Of a DNA stretch of 64,000 nucleotides, positions 53,051-61,869 are shown piece after piece. The position numbers and the translations under genes were made by a program. The DNA is taken from the NCBI GenBank assembly GCA_020849665.1, contig JADLFX010000003.1:13896-77895 (forward strand). Reading direction: 5' to 3'. Within the stretch, counting starts at the first letter, position 1, and every line of letters begins with the position of its first letter. The notes below the pieces were generated by a model. The model ran no database searches and was not told where the DNA came from. It saw nothing but the letters and a program-made list of their open reading frames with translations. Origin of the DNA: Planctomycetota bacterium (lineage in GTDB: Bacteria; Planctomycetota; UBA1135; UBA2386).

Positions 53051-55287
53051 CCCGGGGCGCGTTCGACCTCGGCGGTGAGCCACGCACCGAGGCGGCCCGG
53101 GCCCTGGTCCTGGAACATGGTGGGCACGTGCACGACGACCGCCGCGGGGCGGCGGTCGGTGACCCGCGCCCCCGCGCCCTCCGCGGCCATCAGGGCGGCC
53201 TGGGCGTGATAGCGGCCACCCGCGAGGTGCGACACGCAGCGCACCCGGTAGCGGCGCACCTCGCCGGCGCGCAGCGGCTGCAGCGGGTGCGAGTGCTGGA
53301 ACTCCGCCATGCGTGCCACGACGTGCTCCTGCGGCCCCAGGAACGAGAACTTGAACGTCGGCCTCGGCACCGGTGCGGTCGCGTGTGCGATCACCTCGAG
53401 GACCGCGGGTGCGCCGGGATGCAGGAGCGCGGCGGCCGGCGCCTCGGCGCCCTCGACCGCGAAGCGCAGGATCCGGAACGTGGCCGCGTCGCCGGATCCG
53501 GCCGCGGGCGCCGCCACGTCGGGAGCGTCCGCCTCCTCCACCGCGCTGGGTTCCAGGAGCACGTCGCCGGTCGAGCCGCGCGGCCCGACCACGTTCAGGA
53601 TGGCGAAGTCTCCGTAGTGGACCTCCAGGGTCTCCCCGCCGGAGCGGGTGCCGGTGACCACCAGGCCGGCCAGGTACTGCCCGGGCGAGAGCACGAGGGC
53701 GAAGCCCACGCGGAGCTCGTGGGTGCCGGCCGGCAGGAGTTCGCGGCGCACCCGCATCCCGGCGCTGCGTCCCCCGCGCGGCTGGCGGAAGCTGAGCGCC
53801 ACGCTGGCGTCGCGCAGCTCCTCGGGCGTGCGCAGGCGCAGCGTCGCGGTGCACGCCTCGCCCGAACGGAACGAGGCCGGCGGGACGCGCACCTGCAGGT
53901 CGCTGAGCAGCCGCAGCGTCCCGTCCCGGCCGAGGACGCCGACCAGGGCCGGATCGTGGCCCTCCAGCCGCAACTCCTGCACGCAGAGCTCGCCTGCGGC
54001 GCCGTCGTGGCGCAGGCTGGCGGTCGCCCGCAGCTCGGCGTAGCCGATGCCCTCCACCGGCACCGCGTCGGCCGGGCCCGCCTCGTGCGGGGCAGGCGAC
54101 TGTCCCTCGGCAACGACGCAAGGCCAGCGGCCGGCGACGGGCACACCGCGGCCGGCGCCGCGCAGCTCCAGCGCGAGCCACCCGCGGCCCGCGGCCAGCC
54201 GCGGGCACACCGTGACGTGGAAGTGCCACACGTCGTCAGGGCCGGCCTGCGGGTGGGTGGTCGCGGAGAGCCACGCGGTGGCGCCGGCCCGGACCGTGCC
54301 CGCCTCGTCCTCGATCCAGAGGCGCAGGTGCGGCTCCGGCAGGGTGCCGGGATGGTGCAGCGTGAAGTGCAGCCGGCTCGCGCTGCCGCAGGCGAGGCGG
54401 ATCTCGGCGTCCGCGTCCGCGCCGTGGCGGACCAGCCGGGGCGCGGGCGCGGGCGCGGCGGGTTCCGGCGCGGGCGCGGAGAGCGGGAGTGCGGCGGGGG
54501 GCGTGGGCGCCGGTGCGGGGCGCATCTCCAGGGCGGCGTGGTAGCGATCCAGGACGTCGTCGATCGGACCCAGCAGCACCGGCGCGCCCCGGTCGAGCCA
54601 GAGCCCGCGGTCGGCGAGGCGGCGCAGGTAGCCGGCCGCGTGGCTGACGATCAGCAGGGAGCAGCCGCGGCGCTTCTGCTCCAGCAGGTGCTCCACGCAC
54701 TTCTCGCGGAACGCCTGGTCGCCGACGGCGAGCACCTCGTCCACCACGAAGACCTGCGGGTCGGAATGCGCCGCCACGCTGAAGGCGAGGCGCATGTACA
54801 TCCCGCTGCTGTAGTACTTGACCGGCGTGTCGAGGAACTCGCTCAGCTCGGCGAACTCGACGATGCGTGCCAGCCGCTCGTCGATCTCGCGGCGCTTCAA
54901 TCCGAGGATGCTGCCGTAGACGTACACGTTCTCGCGCCCGGTGAGCATCGGATGGAAGCCGGCGCCGATCATCATGAGCGCGACCACGCGGCCGCGGACC
55001 CGCACCTCCCCGCGATCCGGCGCGATCACGCCGCTCAGCACCTTGAGCAGCGTGGTCTTGCCCGCGCCGTTGCGGCCGACCAGGGCGAGGCTCTCGCCCG
55101 GCTCGAGCTGGAACGAGACCCCCCGGACGCTCCAGAACTCCTCGTTGCGCAGCGTGTCGGGAGACGCCTTGCGCATGCCCAGGAACGCGCGCGTGCCGTC
55201 CTGCACGGCGTACAGCGTGCCGCGCTGCAGGGTCTTGCTGTAGCGCTTCCACAGGTCCTCGACCACGACCACCGGGCGGCTGGCCAT
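53047..55287 (-). CDS. wzt: Polysaccharide ABC exporter ATP-binding protein (Wzt/TagH type) with a roughly 490-aa C-terminal extension
   Basis: Internal ATG of track ORF 53047..55869: MASRPVVVVEDLWKRY... Walker A is GRNGAGKTTLLK, the signature is YSSGMYMRLAF and Walker B is VFVVDEVLAVGD. About 490 further residues follow and look like three beta-rich segments. Confidence 0.9.
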   Translation of the reverse strand: MASRPVVVVEDLWKRYSKTLQRGTLYAVQDGTRAFLGMRKASPDTLRNEEFWSVRGVSFQLEPGESLALVGRNGAGKTTLLKVLSGVIAPDRGEVRVRGRVVALMMIGAGFHPMLTGRENVYVYGSILGLKRREIDERLARIVEFAELSEFLDTPVKYYSSGMYMRLAFSVAAHSDPQVFVVDEVLAVGDQAFREKCVEHLLEQKRRGCSLLIVSHAAGYLRRLADRGLWLDRGAPVLLGPIDDVLDRYHAALEMRPAPAPTPPAALPLSAPAPEPAAPAPAPRLVRHGADADAEIRLACGSASRLHFTLHHPGTLPEPHLRLWIEDEAGTVRAGATAWLSATTHPQAGPDDVWHFHVTVCPRLAAGRGWLALELRGAGRGVPVAGRWPCVVAEGQSPAPHEAGPADAVPVEGIGYAELRATASLRHDGAAGELCVQELRLEGHDPALVGVLGRDGTLRLLSDLQVRVPPASFRSGEACTATLRLRTPEELRDASVALSFRQPRGGRSAGMRVRRELLPAGTHELRVGFALVLSPGQYLAGLVVTGTRSGGETLEVHYGDFAILNVVGPRGSTGDVLLEPSAVEEADAPDVAAPAAGSGDAATFRILRFAVEGAEAPAAALLHPGAPAVLEVIAHATAPVPRPTFKFSFLGPQEHVVARMAEFQHSHPLQPLRAGEVRRYRVRCVSHLAGGRYHAQAALMAAEGAGARVTDRRPAAVVVHVPTMFQDQGPGRLGAWLTAEVERAPG

Positions 55288-55289
55288 GC

Positions 55290-56198
55290 TCAGATGGTCT
55301 CCGCCACGCGTGGCAGCATGACCTGGAAGTAGCGCCACGCCACCGGCAGCAGCGCCAGCGTGAGCAGTGTCGCCACGGCCAGCTGGCCGGGCATCGTCAG
55401 CGTGCCGGTGAACGCGAGGTCGCGCCACGCCACCACGATCGGCGCCATGGGGTTGAGCCAGCTCAGCAGCGCGGCGAATCCCTCGGTGGCCGGCGGATAG
55501 ACCACGGGCGTGAGGAACATCCACAGCAGCCCGGCGAGCGGCACGATGCTGGCCAGGTCGCGGAGCGCGCCGTTCAGCACGGCCAGGATCAGGCCGAGCA
55601 CCAGGCTGAAGAGCACCTGCAGCAGCAGGAGCAGGGGCAGCAGGACCGCGGTCCACGCCGGCACCACGCCCTGGATCGCGAAGAACGGCACCAGGACCGC
55701 GGCACCCAGGACGAAGTCGAAGAGCGCCCCACCCAGCGCGGCGAGCACCAGGATCTCGCGCGGGAAGCGCACCCGGTTCACCAGCTCGGGCTGGCTGGAG
55801 AGGGCGGTCGTGGTGCGGGTCAGCGCCGCCTGGAAGAACTGCCACGCCAGGACCCCCACGTAGAGCCACAGGCCCAGGGGCGCGCCAGGGGAGCCGCCGG
55901 TGAGCAGGTTGGCGCGGTGCAGGAAGTAGAACACCAGCACCATCGCCAGGGGCGTGAGCACCGCCCAGCCGAGACCCAGGAGCGACTGCCGGTAACGCGA
56001 GGCGATGTCGCGGCGCAGGAGGCCGGCCAGGATCTCGCGGCCGGCGACCAGGTCGCGCAGGCCGTCGCGCCAGGCGCGCGCTCCCAGGCTCACGAAGCGG
56101 TCGGGCCGGTTCACGTACTCCGGCCCGCCCGGCTCGGGATCCGCGACGGGCGCCGGCGCGGGCACCGGGCGCGCCAACGTGGGTTCGGCGTCGGCCAT
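55290..56198 (-). CDS. wzm: Polysaccharide ABC exporter permease (ABC-2 type, Wzm/TagG)
   Basis: 302 aa. LLRRDIASRYRQSLLGLGWAVLTPLAMVLVF is the typical ABC-2 N-terminal motif. It has six hydrophobic helices and ends 2 nt before the wzt start. Confidence 0.9.
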   Translation of the reverse strand: MADAEPTLARPVPAPAPVADPEPGGPEYVNRPDRFVSLGARAWRDGLRDLVAGREILAGLLRRDIASRYRQSLLGLGWAVLTPLAMVLVFYFLHRANLLTGGSPGAPLGLWLYVGVLAWQFFQAALTRTTTALSSQPELVNRVRFPREILVLAALGGALFDFVLGAAVLVPFFAIQGVVPAWTAVLLPLLLLLQVLFSLVLGLILAVLNGALRDLASIVPLAGLLWMFLTPVVYPPATEGFAALLSWLNPMAPIVVAWRDLAFTGTLTMPGQLAVATLLTLALLPVAWRYFQVMLPRVAETI

Positions 56199-56217
56199 GG
56201 GCGGTTGCCGGCAGAAC

Positions 56218-57123
56218 CTAGCGGTGGGCTTCCGCCGCGCAACGCTGCGCCCGCAACCTCGCGAAGTACGCCTCGTAGTGCCGGGCGATGGCCTCCAGGG
56301 TGTACTGGGGGCGCAGCGCCAGGAAGGAGCGGTGCGCCGCGAGGCGGGTCTCGTACGGCAGGAGCGCCGCGAGTCCCGCGGCCAGTTCCGCCCGGTTGGC
56401 GAAGTAGCGCACGTGCTCGTTGCCGGTCTCCCGGTACGCGAGGTCGGAGTCGTTCACGAGGCAGGGCAAGCCGGCGCCGATGAAGTTCACCAGCTTGACG
56501 TTGGACTTGTAGCGGTGCGCCATGAGCGAGCCATGCGCGCCGGCGCGGGCGGCGAAGCCGATGTCGAGCGCGGCGAAGTCCGGCGGGTTGACCACGAACT
56601 CCAGGCCCAGGTTCCGGCACTCCTGCACCACGATGGCGTGCCACTCGCCCAGGTACGAGGGCTCGCCCTCGTAGCCGACGACGCGTGCGCGCGGGCGCAC
56701 CTCGATGGGTCCGAGTCCGGGACGGAAGTGGTGGTAGATCGTGATCGGGTTGGGGACCAGGTCGCCGAGGTCCTCCAGCATCGTGCGATTGGCGAAGATC
56801 ACCCCGTCGAGGGCGAGCCCCGCGAACCACGCGCGAAACCACTCGCGCACCCGGTCCAGGGTGTTGCAGGCGAGCCCGTCCTCGGGCTGCTTCCAGCAGT
56901 CGAGCGCGTCGAACACCACGGTCTTGCCGAGGCGGCGCAGCATCCGCATGCGCGACGGCTCGGGTCGCTTGACGAAGCAGAACAGGTCGTGCTCGAGGAC
57001 GTCCTCGGGGCGCAGCCTGGTGCCGCAGCGCCACCAGGGGCGCGCGGAGGCGATCTGCTGGGCGCGGATCTGCCAGCTGCCCATCAGCGGGTGGCCGAGG
57101 AAGCAGGCGCGCACCTTGTCCAT
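56218..57123 (-). CDS. Hypothetical protein, possible glycosyltransferase (GT-B-like C-terminal half)
   Basis: 301 aa. The context lies inside the glycan operon. KLVNFIGAGLPCLVNDSDLAYRETG resembles the C-terminal sugar-donor region of GT1/GT4 enzymes. The assignment is weak. Confidence 0.55.
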   Translation of the reverse strand: MDKVRACFLGHPLMGSWQIRAQQIASARPWWRCGTRLRPEDVLEHDLFCFVKRPEPSRMRMLRRLGKTVVFDALDCWKQPEDGLACNTLDRVREWFRAWFAGLALDGVIFANRTMLEDLGDLVPNPITIYHHFRPGLGPIEVRPRARVVGYEGEPSYLGEWHAIVVQECRNLGLEFVVNPPDFAALDIGFAARAGAHGSLMAHRYKSNVKLVNFIGAGLPCLVNDSDLAYRETGNEHVRYFANRAELAAGLAALLPYETRLAAHRSFLALRPQYTLEAIARHYEAYFARLRAQRCAAEAHR

Positions 57124-57132
57124 GGCCAGAAG

Positions 57133-58164
57133 CTACTCCAGGAACCCGCGCCGGCGCAGCAGCACGGCCTCGACGAAGAAGCGCCACCACACCGGCAGGA
57201 CCGAGCGCTCCAGCCACCACAGCCGCAGCCAGCAGCCGCGCCGGCGTGGGGCCAGTTCCGCACGGCGGGCGGCCACCCACGTGCGTTCGGCGGCCGCCGC
57301 CCGGCGCGCGGCGCGGTCGATGCGCGCCACCTGCGGCTGCCCGAGGAGCGGCGCGAGCCCGGCCACGACTACGCGGCGCAGCAAGGTCCACGGCAGGTCG
57401 AGTGCAAGCACGGCCAGGGGCAGGTTTACGCGCCGGGCGAGCAGCAGGTTGCGCAACGACCGCACCTGGAACTCCTCGGTCCGCACCTTCACGATGCTCC
57501 GGCTGAGGCGGTGTCGGACGCGGGCGCCGGGCACGTAGCGGCAGCGCCAGCCGCAGGCCTGGGCGCGCAGGGCCAGGTCCACGTCCTCGAAGTTGGCGAA
57601 GAACTCCTCGCGGAAGAGCCCCAGCTCGCCGAGCAGGCGGGAGCGGTAGAGCGCCGCGCCCGCACAGGCGCCGAGCACCTCGGCCGCGGCGTCGTAGCGC
57701 TCCGTCCTGCGGCCGCGGCCGCGCGGCACCGCGCTGCCATCGCGCAGCAGGTCGATGCCTGTGTTCTCGATCCGGTCCGGCTGGTCGTGGAACACCATCC
57801 GGCTGGCGAAGAGCCCGCACTCCGGATGGCGCTCGGCGGCCGCCACCAGTGCCGCGAGCCAGCCGGGGTCTGCCTCGGCGTCGTTGTTGAGGAGGGCCAC
57901 GAGCGCGGCCCGGCCCTCGGCGAGGATGGCGCGCAAGGCCACGTTGTTGCCGCCCGAGAAGCCCAGGTTGGCCGCGTTGCGGTGCAGCCGGACGCGCGCG
58001 CCGTACTCGGCCGCCAGGAGGCCGGCCTCCCCGCCGGCCGACGCGTTGTCCACCAGGTGCACCTCGAAGGCGCCGTACGCCTGCGCCAGGAGCGAGTCCA
58101 GGCACGCGCGCGTGTCGGCGATCCCGTTCCAGTTCAGGACGACGACGCTGACGAAGGGGGGCAC
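57133..58164 (-). CDS. Glycosyltransferase family 2 (rhamnosyltransferase-like), paralog B
   Basis: Track ORF 57133..58263. The GTG at 58164 (VPPFVSVVVLNWNGIADTRACLDSL) gives a length matching paralog A. Motifs: LVDNASAGGEAGLL, NLGFSGGNNVA, LLNNDAEADPGW, ANFEDVDLALR. Confidence 0.85.
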   Translation of the reverse strand: MPPFVSVVVLNWNGIADTRACLDSLLAQAYGAFEVHLVDNASAGGEAGLLAAEYGARVRLHRNAANLGFSGGNNVALRAILAEGRAALVALLNNDAEADPGWLAALVAAAERHPECGLFASRMVFHDQPDRIENTGIDLLRDGSAVPRGRGRRTERYDAAAEVLGACAGAALYRSRLLGELGLFREEFFANFEDVDLALRAQACGWRCRYVPGARVRHRLSRSIVKVRTEEFQVRSLRNLLLARRVNLPLAVLALDLPWTLLRRVVVAGLAPLLGQPQVARIDRAARRAAAAERTWVAARRAELAPRRRGCWLRLWWLERSVLPVWWRFFVEAVLLRRRGFLE

Positions 58165-58342
58165 GGTGCAGGGCTTCCGGATCGGGCGGGCGGGAGGATA
58201 GCGCCGGGCCCGGTGCCGGCCACGTGCGGAGCGCGGGCGGGATCGGGCGCTGCATCGGCGCATCGGGCGCCTGCCGCCCGGGCCGCGACCAGGGTGATCC
58301 GGCGCAGGAGCCGGTCGGGTGCGACGGCTCCCGGATCAGGGT

Positions 58343-58370
58343 GAGCGGCGGCGCCGGGCGCTCGCCGCTC
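58343..58370 (-). terminator. Hairpin GAGCGGCG-(12 nt)-CGCCGCTC just 3' of the 58380..59687 gene
   Basis: Read from the sequence: 8-bp perfect GC-rich stem, 10 nt after the stop codon on the minus strand. Confidence 0.4.
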
Positions 58371-58379
58371 CGTGGCGGC

Positions 58380-59687
58380 CTACCAGCGGTACTCGTAGCG
58401 CCAGCCGCCGCCGCCGATGTTGCTGGCGATGATCATGCTCGTCTCGTGCTGCATCCGCATGATGTTCGACATCATGGTGAACGTGGCCTGCTGCGCCTGC
58501 AGCCGGGCCTGGAGCTCCCCCAGCTTGCTGGCGGACGATGCCTGCAGCTGCCTGCCGAGCGCGGCCAGCGCCTCGCTCTTGCGCCACGAGTCGACGTAGC
58601 TCTTGCGTTCGGCCTCTGGCATGTCGGGCCATGCCACGCGCAAGGCCGCCCAGGTGAGCGGCATGCCGGCGATCAGCTCGCGCTGCTCCGCCGGCATGGC
58701 CGCGTAGCCGGCGGCCACCTCGCCTGCGAGCTTGTCCTTCACGTCCTTCGGTGGCGCCGCGGTCACTCCGGCGGTCTTGCCGGCGGCGAAGTAGAGGAAC
58801 TCGCTGAAGGCGTCGACAGCCTGCCGCGTCAGCGGCGGCGTGCCCTTGGCGATCGGCTGGTGCGCGGCGGCGTGGATCTCGAGGAGCATCCGCGCGGAGG
58901 GGCTGTCCTTCTCCTCGCGCCATTGCTTCAGCGCCTCCTGGAGGACGGCTTGCCGAGCCAGCTCGCGCTCCTCGGCCTTCATCTTCGCGAGCTGCTCCCG
59001 GCCCTCGAGCAGCTCGCGGATGTCGTCCATGTCGGTCTGCGACTTCTTCTGCCAGTAGCCGCGCACCTCGGCCTCCACCGTGAGCTTCTGGGCTTCGGTC
59101 AGGGGTGAGTGCATCAGCCACTCCAGGAAGTCGATCGTCTCGTCGAGTGCGTGGCGGGTGAGCGGCGGCCGGCCCTTCTCCACCACGATGGCCGTGCTCA
59201 GCGCGAGCTTCTCGACCAGCTTCGCGACCGTGCCTCCGTGCCGGCGGTACGCGTCCAGGTCGTGGGCGGTGGCGACGAGCGTGACGTAGCGGCCGCCGGC
59301 GGCGACCGTCACGACCCAGTCGTACGCGTAGAGGTTCGGGCGTGCATCGTCCACGTAGCTGTAGACGAGTCCGTACCAGTGGCCGCCCGTGGTGGTGTGC
59401 TTGCCGCCACTGCGCTTGCTCTCCTCGCGGAACTCGCGGCGCGGGCGGGCCTGCTGCAGCAGGGCGTCCATCACGGTCTCCTGCGGCTCGGCCAGCGGCT
59501 GCCCGGCGGTGAGCGTGACCGTCACCTTGCCATCGGGAGCGGTCCACACGGCCCGCCCGTCCAGGTCGGAGCGTGTCCATCCCTGGGGTGGGTCGAGGCG
59601 CGAGATGCCGAAGCGGGCGCGGTCCTGGGCCGATGCGGCCAGGGCCAGGATGAGGAACGGGAGGCTGGAGAGGATTCCGCGGCGCAT
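58380..59687 (-). CDS. Secreted hypothetical protein (435 aa), Lys/Glu-rich helical middle region
   Basis: Internal ATG of track ORF 58380..60143 gives signal peptide MRRGILSSLPFLILALAASAQ. Composition is visibly less GC-biased than the surroundings. It ends in NIGGGGWRYEYRW. No family recognised. Confidence 0.65.
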   Translation of the reverse strand: MRRGILSSLPFLILALAASAQDRARFGISRLDPPQGWTRSDLDGRAVWTAPDGKVTVTLTAGQPLAEPQETVMDALLQQARPRREFREESKRSGGKHTTTGGHWYGLVYSYVDDARPNLYAYDWVVTVAAGGRYVTLVATAHDLDAYRRHGGTVAKLVEKLALSTAIVVEKGRPPLTRHALDETIDFLEWLMHSPLTEAQKLTVEAEVRGYWQKKSQTDMDDIRELLEGREQLAKMKAEERELARQAVLQEALKQWREEKDSPSARMLLEIHAAAHQPIAKGTPPLTRQAVDAFSEFLYFAAGKTAGVTAAPPKDVKDKLAGEVAAGYAAMPAEQRELIAGMPLTWAALRVAWPDMPEAERKSYVDSWRKSEALAALGRQLQASSASKLGELQARLQAQQATFTMMSNIMRMQHETSMIIASNIGGGGWRYEYRW

Positions 59688-59877
59688 GCGACGTTGTCGG
59701 CAGAAGTGGAGAGTCGATGGAACCAGCGGCAGACGCGGGCAGACCACACGGGCGGCCGTGGGCGCGGGACGCTCGGGCCGCGTTGGGTGCCTGTGCGGCG
59801 GAAGGTGGGAATCGTCGTGGTGCGCGAGCGTGGCTGCGACCAACGCCGGGAGCCGCGATGGGAGCGACGCTTGCTGC

Positions 59878-60402
59878 TCATCCGGGCCGGCGCGCACAGA
59901 GCCGCTGGCGGACGGCCACGACCGGATCTCCCTCTTCCGCATGCTGGAACTCGAGCACCTCCAGGTCGCCGTGGAACGCCTCGAGCAGTTCGCCCGGCCG
60001 CAGCAGGAACTCGGGGTTGCGTGGCCGGCCGTAGCGCTCGTGGCCCACTGCGTAGGTCTCGTAGAGCAGGACGCCGCCGGGTGCGACGCTGTCGCGGATC
60101 GTTGGCAGGAGCGGGCGCCAGAGGTAGTTGCAGACCACCACACCCGCGAAGGTCCGTCCCGGCAGGGGCCAGGGGCCGTGCTCCAGATCGGCCTCGAGGA
60201 CCTCGAGGCCGGGATCGGCCAGGGCGCGCAGAGCCGCGGCGTCGCGGTCGATCGCGGTCACCGGATGCCCGCGGCGCAGGAAGAGCACGCTGTGACGACC
60301 ACCGCCGGCCGCGACGTCGAGGACCGCGCCCCCCGCCGGCACGCGCGTGGCCCAGCGCGCGATGGCGGGCGACGGCACATGGGCGGCCGCGTCGCGGTGC
60401 AT
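59878..60402 (-). CDS. Small class I SAM-dependent methyltransferase
   Basis: Internal ATG of track ORF 59878..60456: MHRDAAAHVPSPAIARWATRVPAGGAVLDVAAGGGRHSVLFLRRGHPVTAID (motif I), then PGGVLLYETY. Confidence 0.75.
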   Translation of the reverse strand: MHRDAAAHVPSPAIARWATRVPAGGAVLDVAAGGGRHSVLFLRRGHPVTAIDRDAAALRALADPGLEVLEADLEHGPWPLPGRTFAGVVVCNYLWRPLLPTIRDSVAPGGVLLYETYAVGHERYGRPRNPEFLLRPGELLEAFHGDLEVLEFQHAEEGDPVVAVRQRLCARRPG

Positions 60403-60497
60403 GCCGGCAGGATAGGGAGCGCCGTGCCGTGGTCGAGGGCGGCGCGGAGACCTCACGGGCCCGGCCCGGGTCGGCTACGGTGCCGCGCATCCCTGCG

Positions 60498-61757
60498 ATG
60501 GCCCTGTCCCGAAGAGGATTCCTGGCGGGTGCCGCGGCGCCCTTCGCGTTCCGCGACGACACGCGAGCCCAGCTCGACCGGCTCGACTTCGCGCGCGCCG
60601 CGGCCGAGGACGACGGGTTCTGGCGCGAGCTGCGCGGCTTCTTCGACGTCGACCCCGCCATCACGTCGTTCAACCACGCCGGGCTCTCGCCGTCGCCGCG
60701 CGCGGTGCGCGAGGCGCTGGCAGCCCAGCAGCGCCGCGCCAACACCGACCCCAGCCAGGTGATCTGGCGCCAGCAGGACCAGGAGCTCGAGGAAGTCCGC
60801 GAGCGTCTGGCCGGCCTGCTCGGTTGCGGGGTGGAGGAGCTGGCGCTGACCCCGAACGCCACCTACGGGCTGCACACGGTGATCCTCGGACTGCCCCTGC
60901 AGCGCGGCGACGAGATCCTCACCACGGTGCACGACTACTCGCGCGCGTTCAACGCGATGCGCCAGCGCGAGCGGCGCGACGGCACGGTGACCGTGGAGGT
61001 GCCCCTGGACTCGCCGCCCGCCGACCCCGGGGCGGTCGCAGCGGCGATCCTGGAGCGCCTCACGCCGCGCACGCGCCTGGTGGTGCTGAGCCAGATGACC
61101 TACCTCAGCGGGCAGCTCCTGCCGGTGCGCGCCGTCGCAGACGTGCTCGCGCGCCGAGGCCTCCCGCTCCTGGTCGACGGGGCGCATGGCATCGGCCTGC
61201 TCCCGGACACGGTCGCCGAGCTCGGCGGCGCGTTCTACACGGCCTGCCTCCACAAGTGGCTCATGGGGCCGGTGGGTACCGGCGTGCTGGTCGCGCGCAG
61301 CGCGTGGATCGACAAGGCGTGGCCGTTGCATCCCGGCGAGGAGGCGCTCGACCGCCGCATCAGCAAGTTCGAGCAGTACGGGACGCGCCCGGCGGCCCCG
61401 TTCCTGGCGCTGCACGAGGCACTCGACTTCCACGAGCGCCTGGGACGGGAGCGCAAGGCGGCGCGCCTGGAGGCCCTGAAGGCGCGGCTCGCGGCGCCGC
61501 TGCTCGGCCTGCCTGGAGTGCGCCCCTGCAGCAGCCTGGACCCGACCCGCAGCCGGGCCCTGTGGACGGTCGGGTTCGACCGGGTGGAGCCGCGGGCGCT
61601 CGTGGCGTGGCTCTGGGAGCGGCATCGGATCCACGTGACCGCGGCGGAGGCAGGCGGGCTGCGCGCGATCCGGATCTCACCCAACGTGTTCACGACCCAC
61701 GCCGAGGTGGATCGGCTGGCCGGGATCCTGGTCCGCGTGACACGCGAGGGGCTCTGA
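60498..61757 (+). CDS. Class V PLP-dependent aminotransferase / cysteine-desulfurase-like enzyme with a twin-arginine (Tat) signal
   Basis: Tail of track ORF 59109..61757 from ATG 60498: MALSRRGFLAGAAAPFAF (the SRRxFL Tat motif). Motifs: LTPNATYGLHTV, LVDGAHGIG, ACLHKWLMGP (PLP lysine). Confidence 0.85.
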   Translation: MALSRRGFLAGAAAPFAFRDDTRAQLDRLDFARAAAEDDGFWRELRGFFDVDPAITSFNHAGLSPSPRAVREALAAQQRRANTDPSQVIWRQQDQELEEVRERLAGLLGCGVEELALTPNATYGLHTVILGLPLQRGDEILTTVHDYSRAFNAMRQRERRDGTVTVEVPLDSPPADPGAVAAAILERLTPRTRLVVLSQMTYLSGQLLPVRAVADVLARRGLPLLVDGAHGIGLLPDTVAELGGAFYTACLHKWLMGPVGTGVLVARSAWIDKAWPLHPGEEALDRRISKFEQYGTRPAAPFLALHEALDFHERLGRERKAARLEALKARLAAPLLGLPGVRPCSSLDPTRSRALWTVGFDRVEPRALVAWLWERHRIHVTAAEAGGLRAIRISPNVFTTHAEVDRLAGILVRVTREGL

Positions 61758-61869
61758 GCCGCGCTGCGGCGCATCGTTCGGCCGCGTGCCTCGCGCGTGG
61801 AGTGCGGACACGGGCGAGGGCGTCGCGCGGGTAGCATGGCGGCGCAGCCGCTGGAGGCGGCCCCGAACC

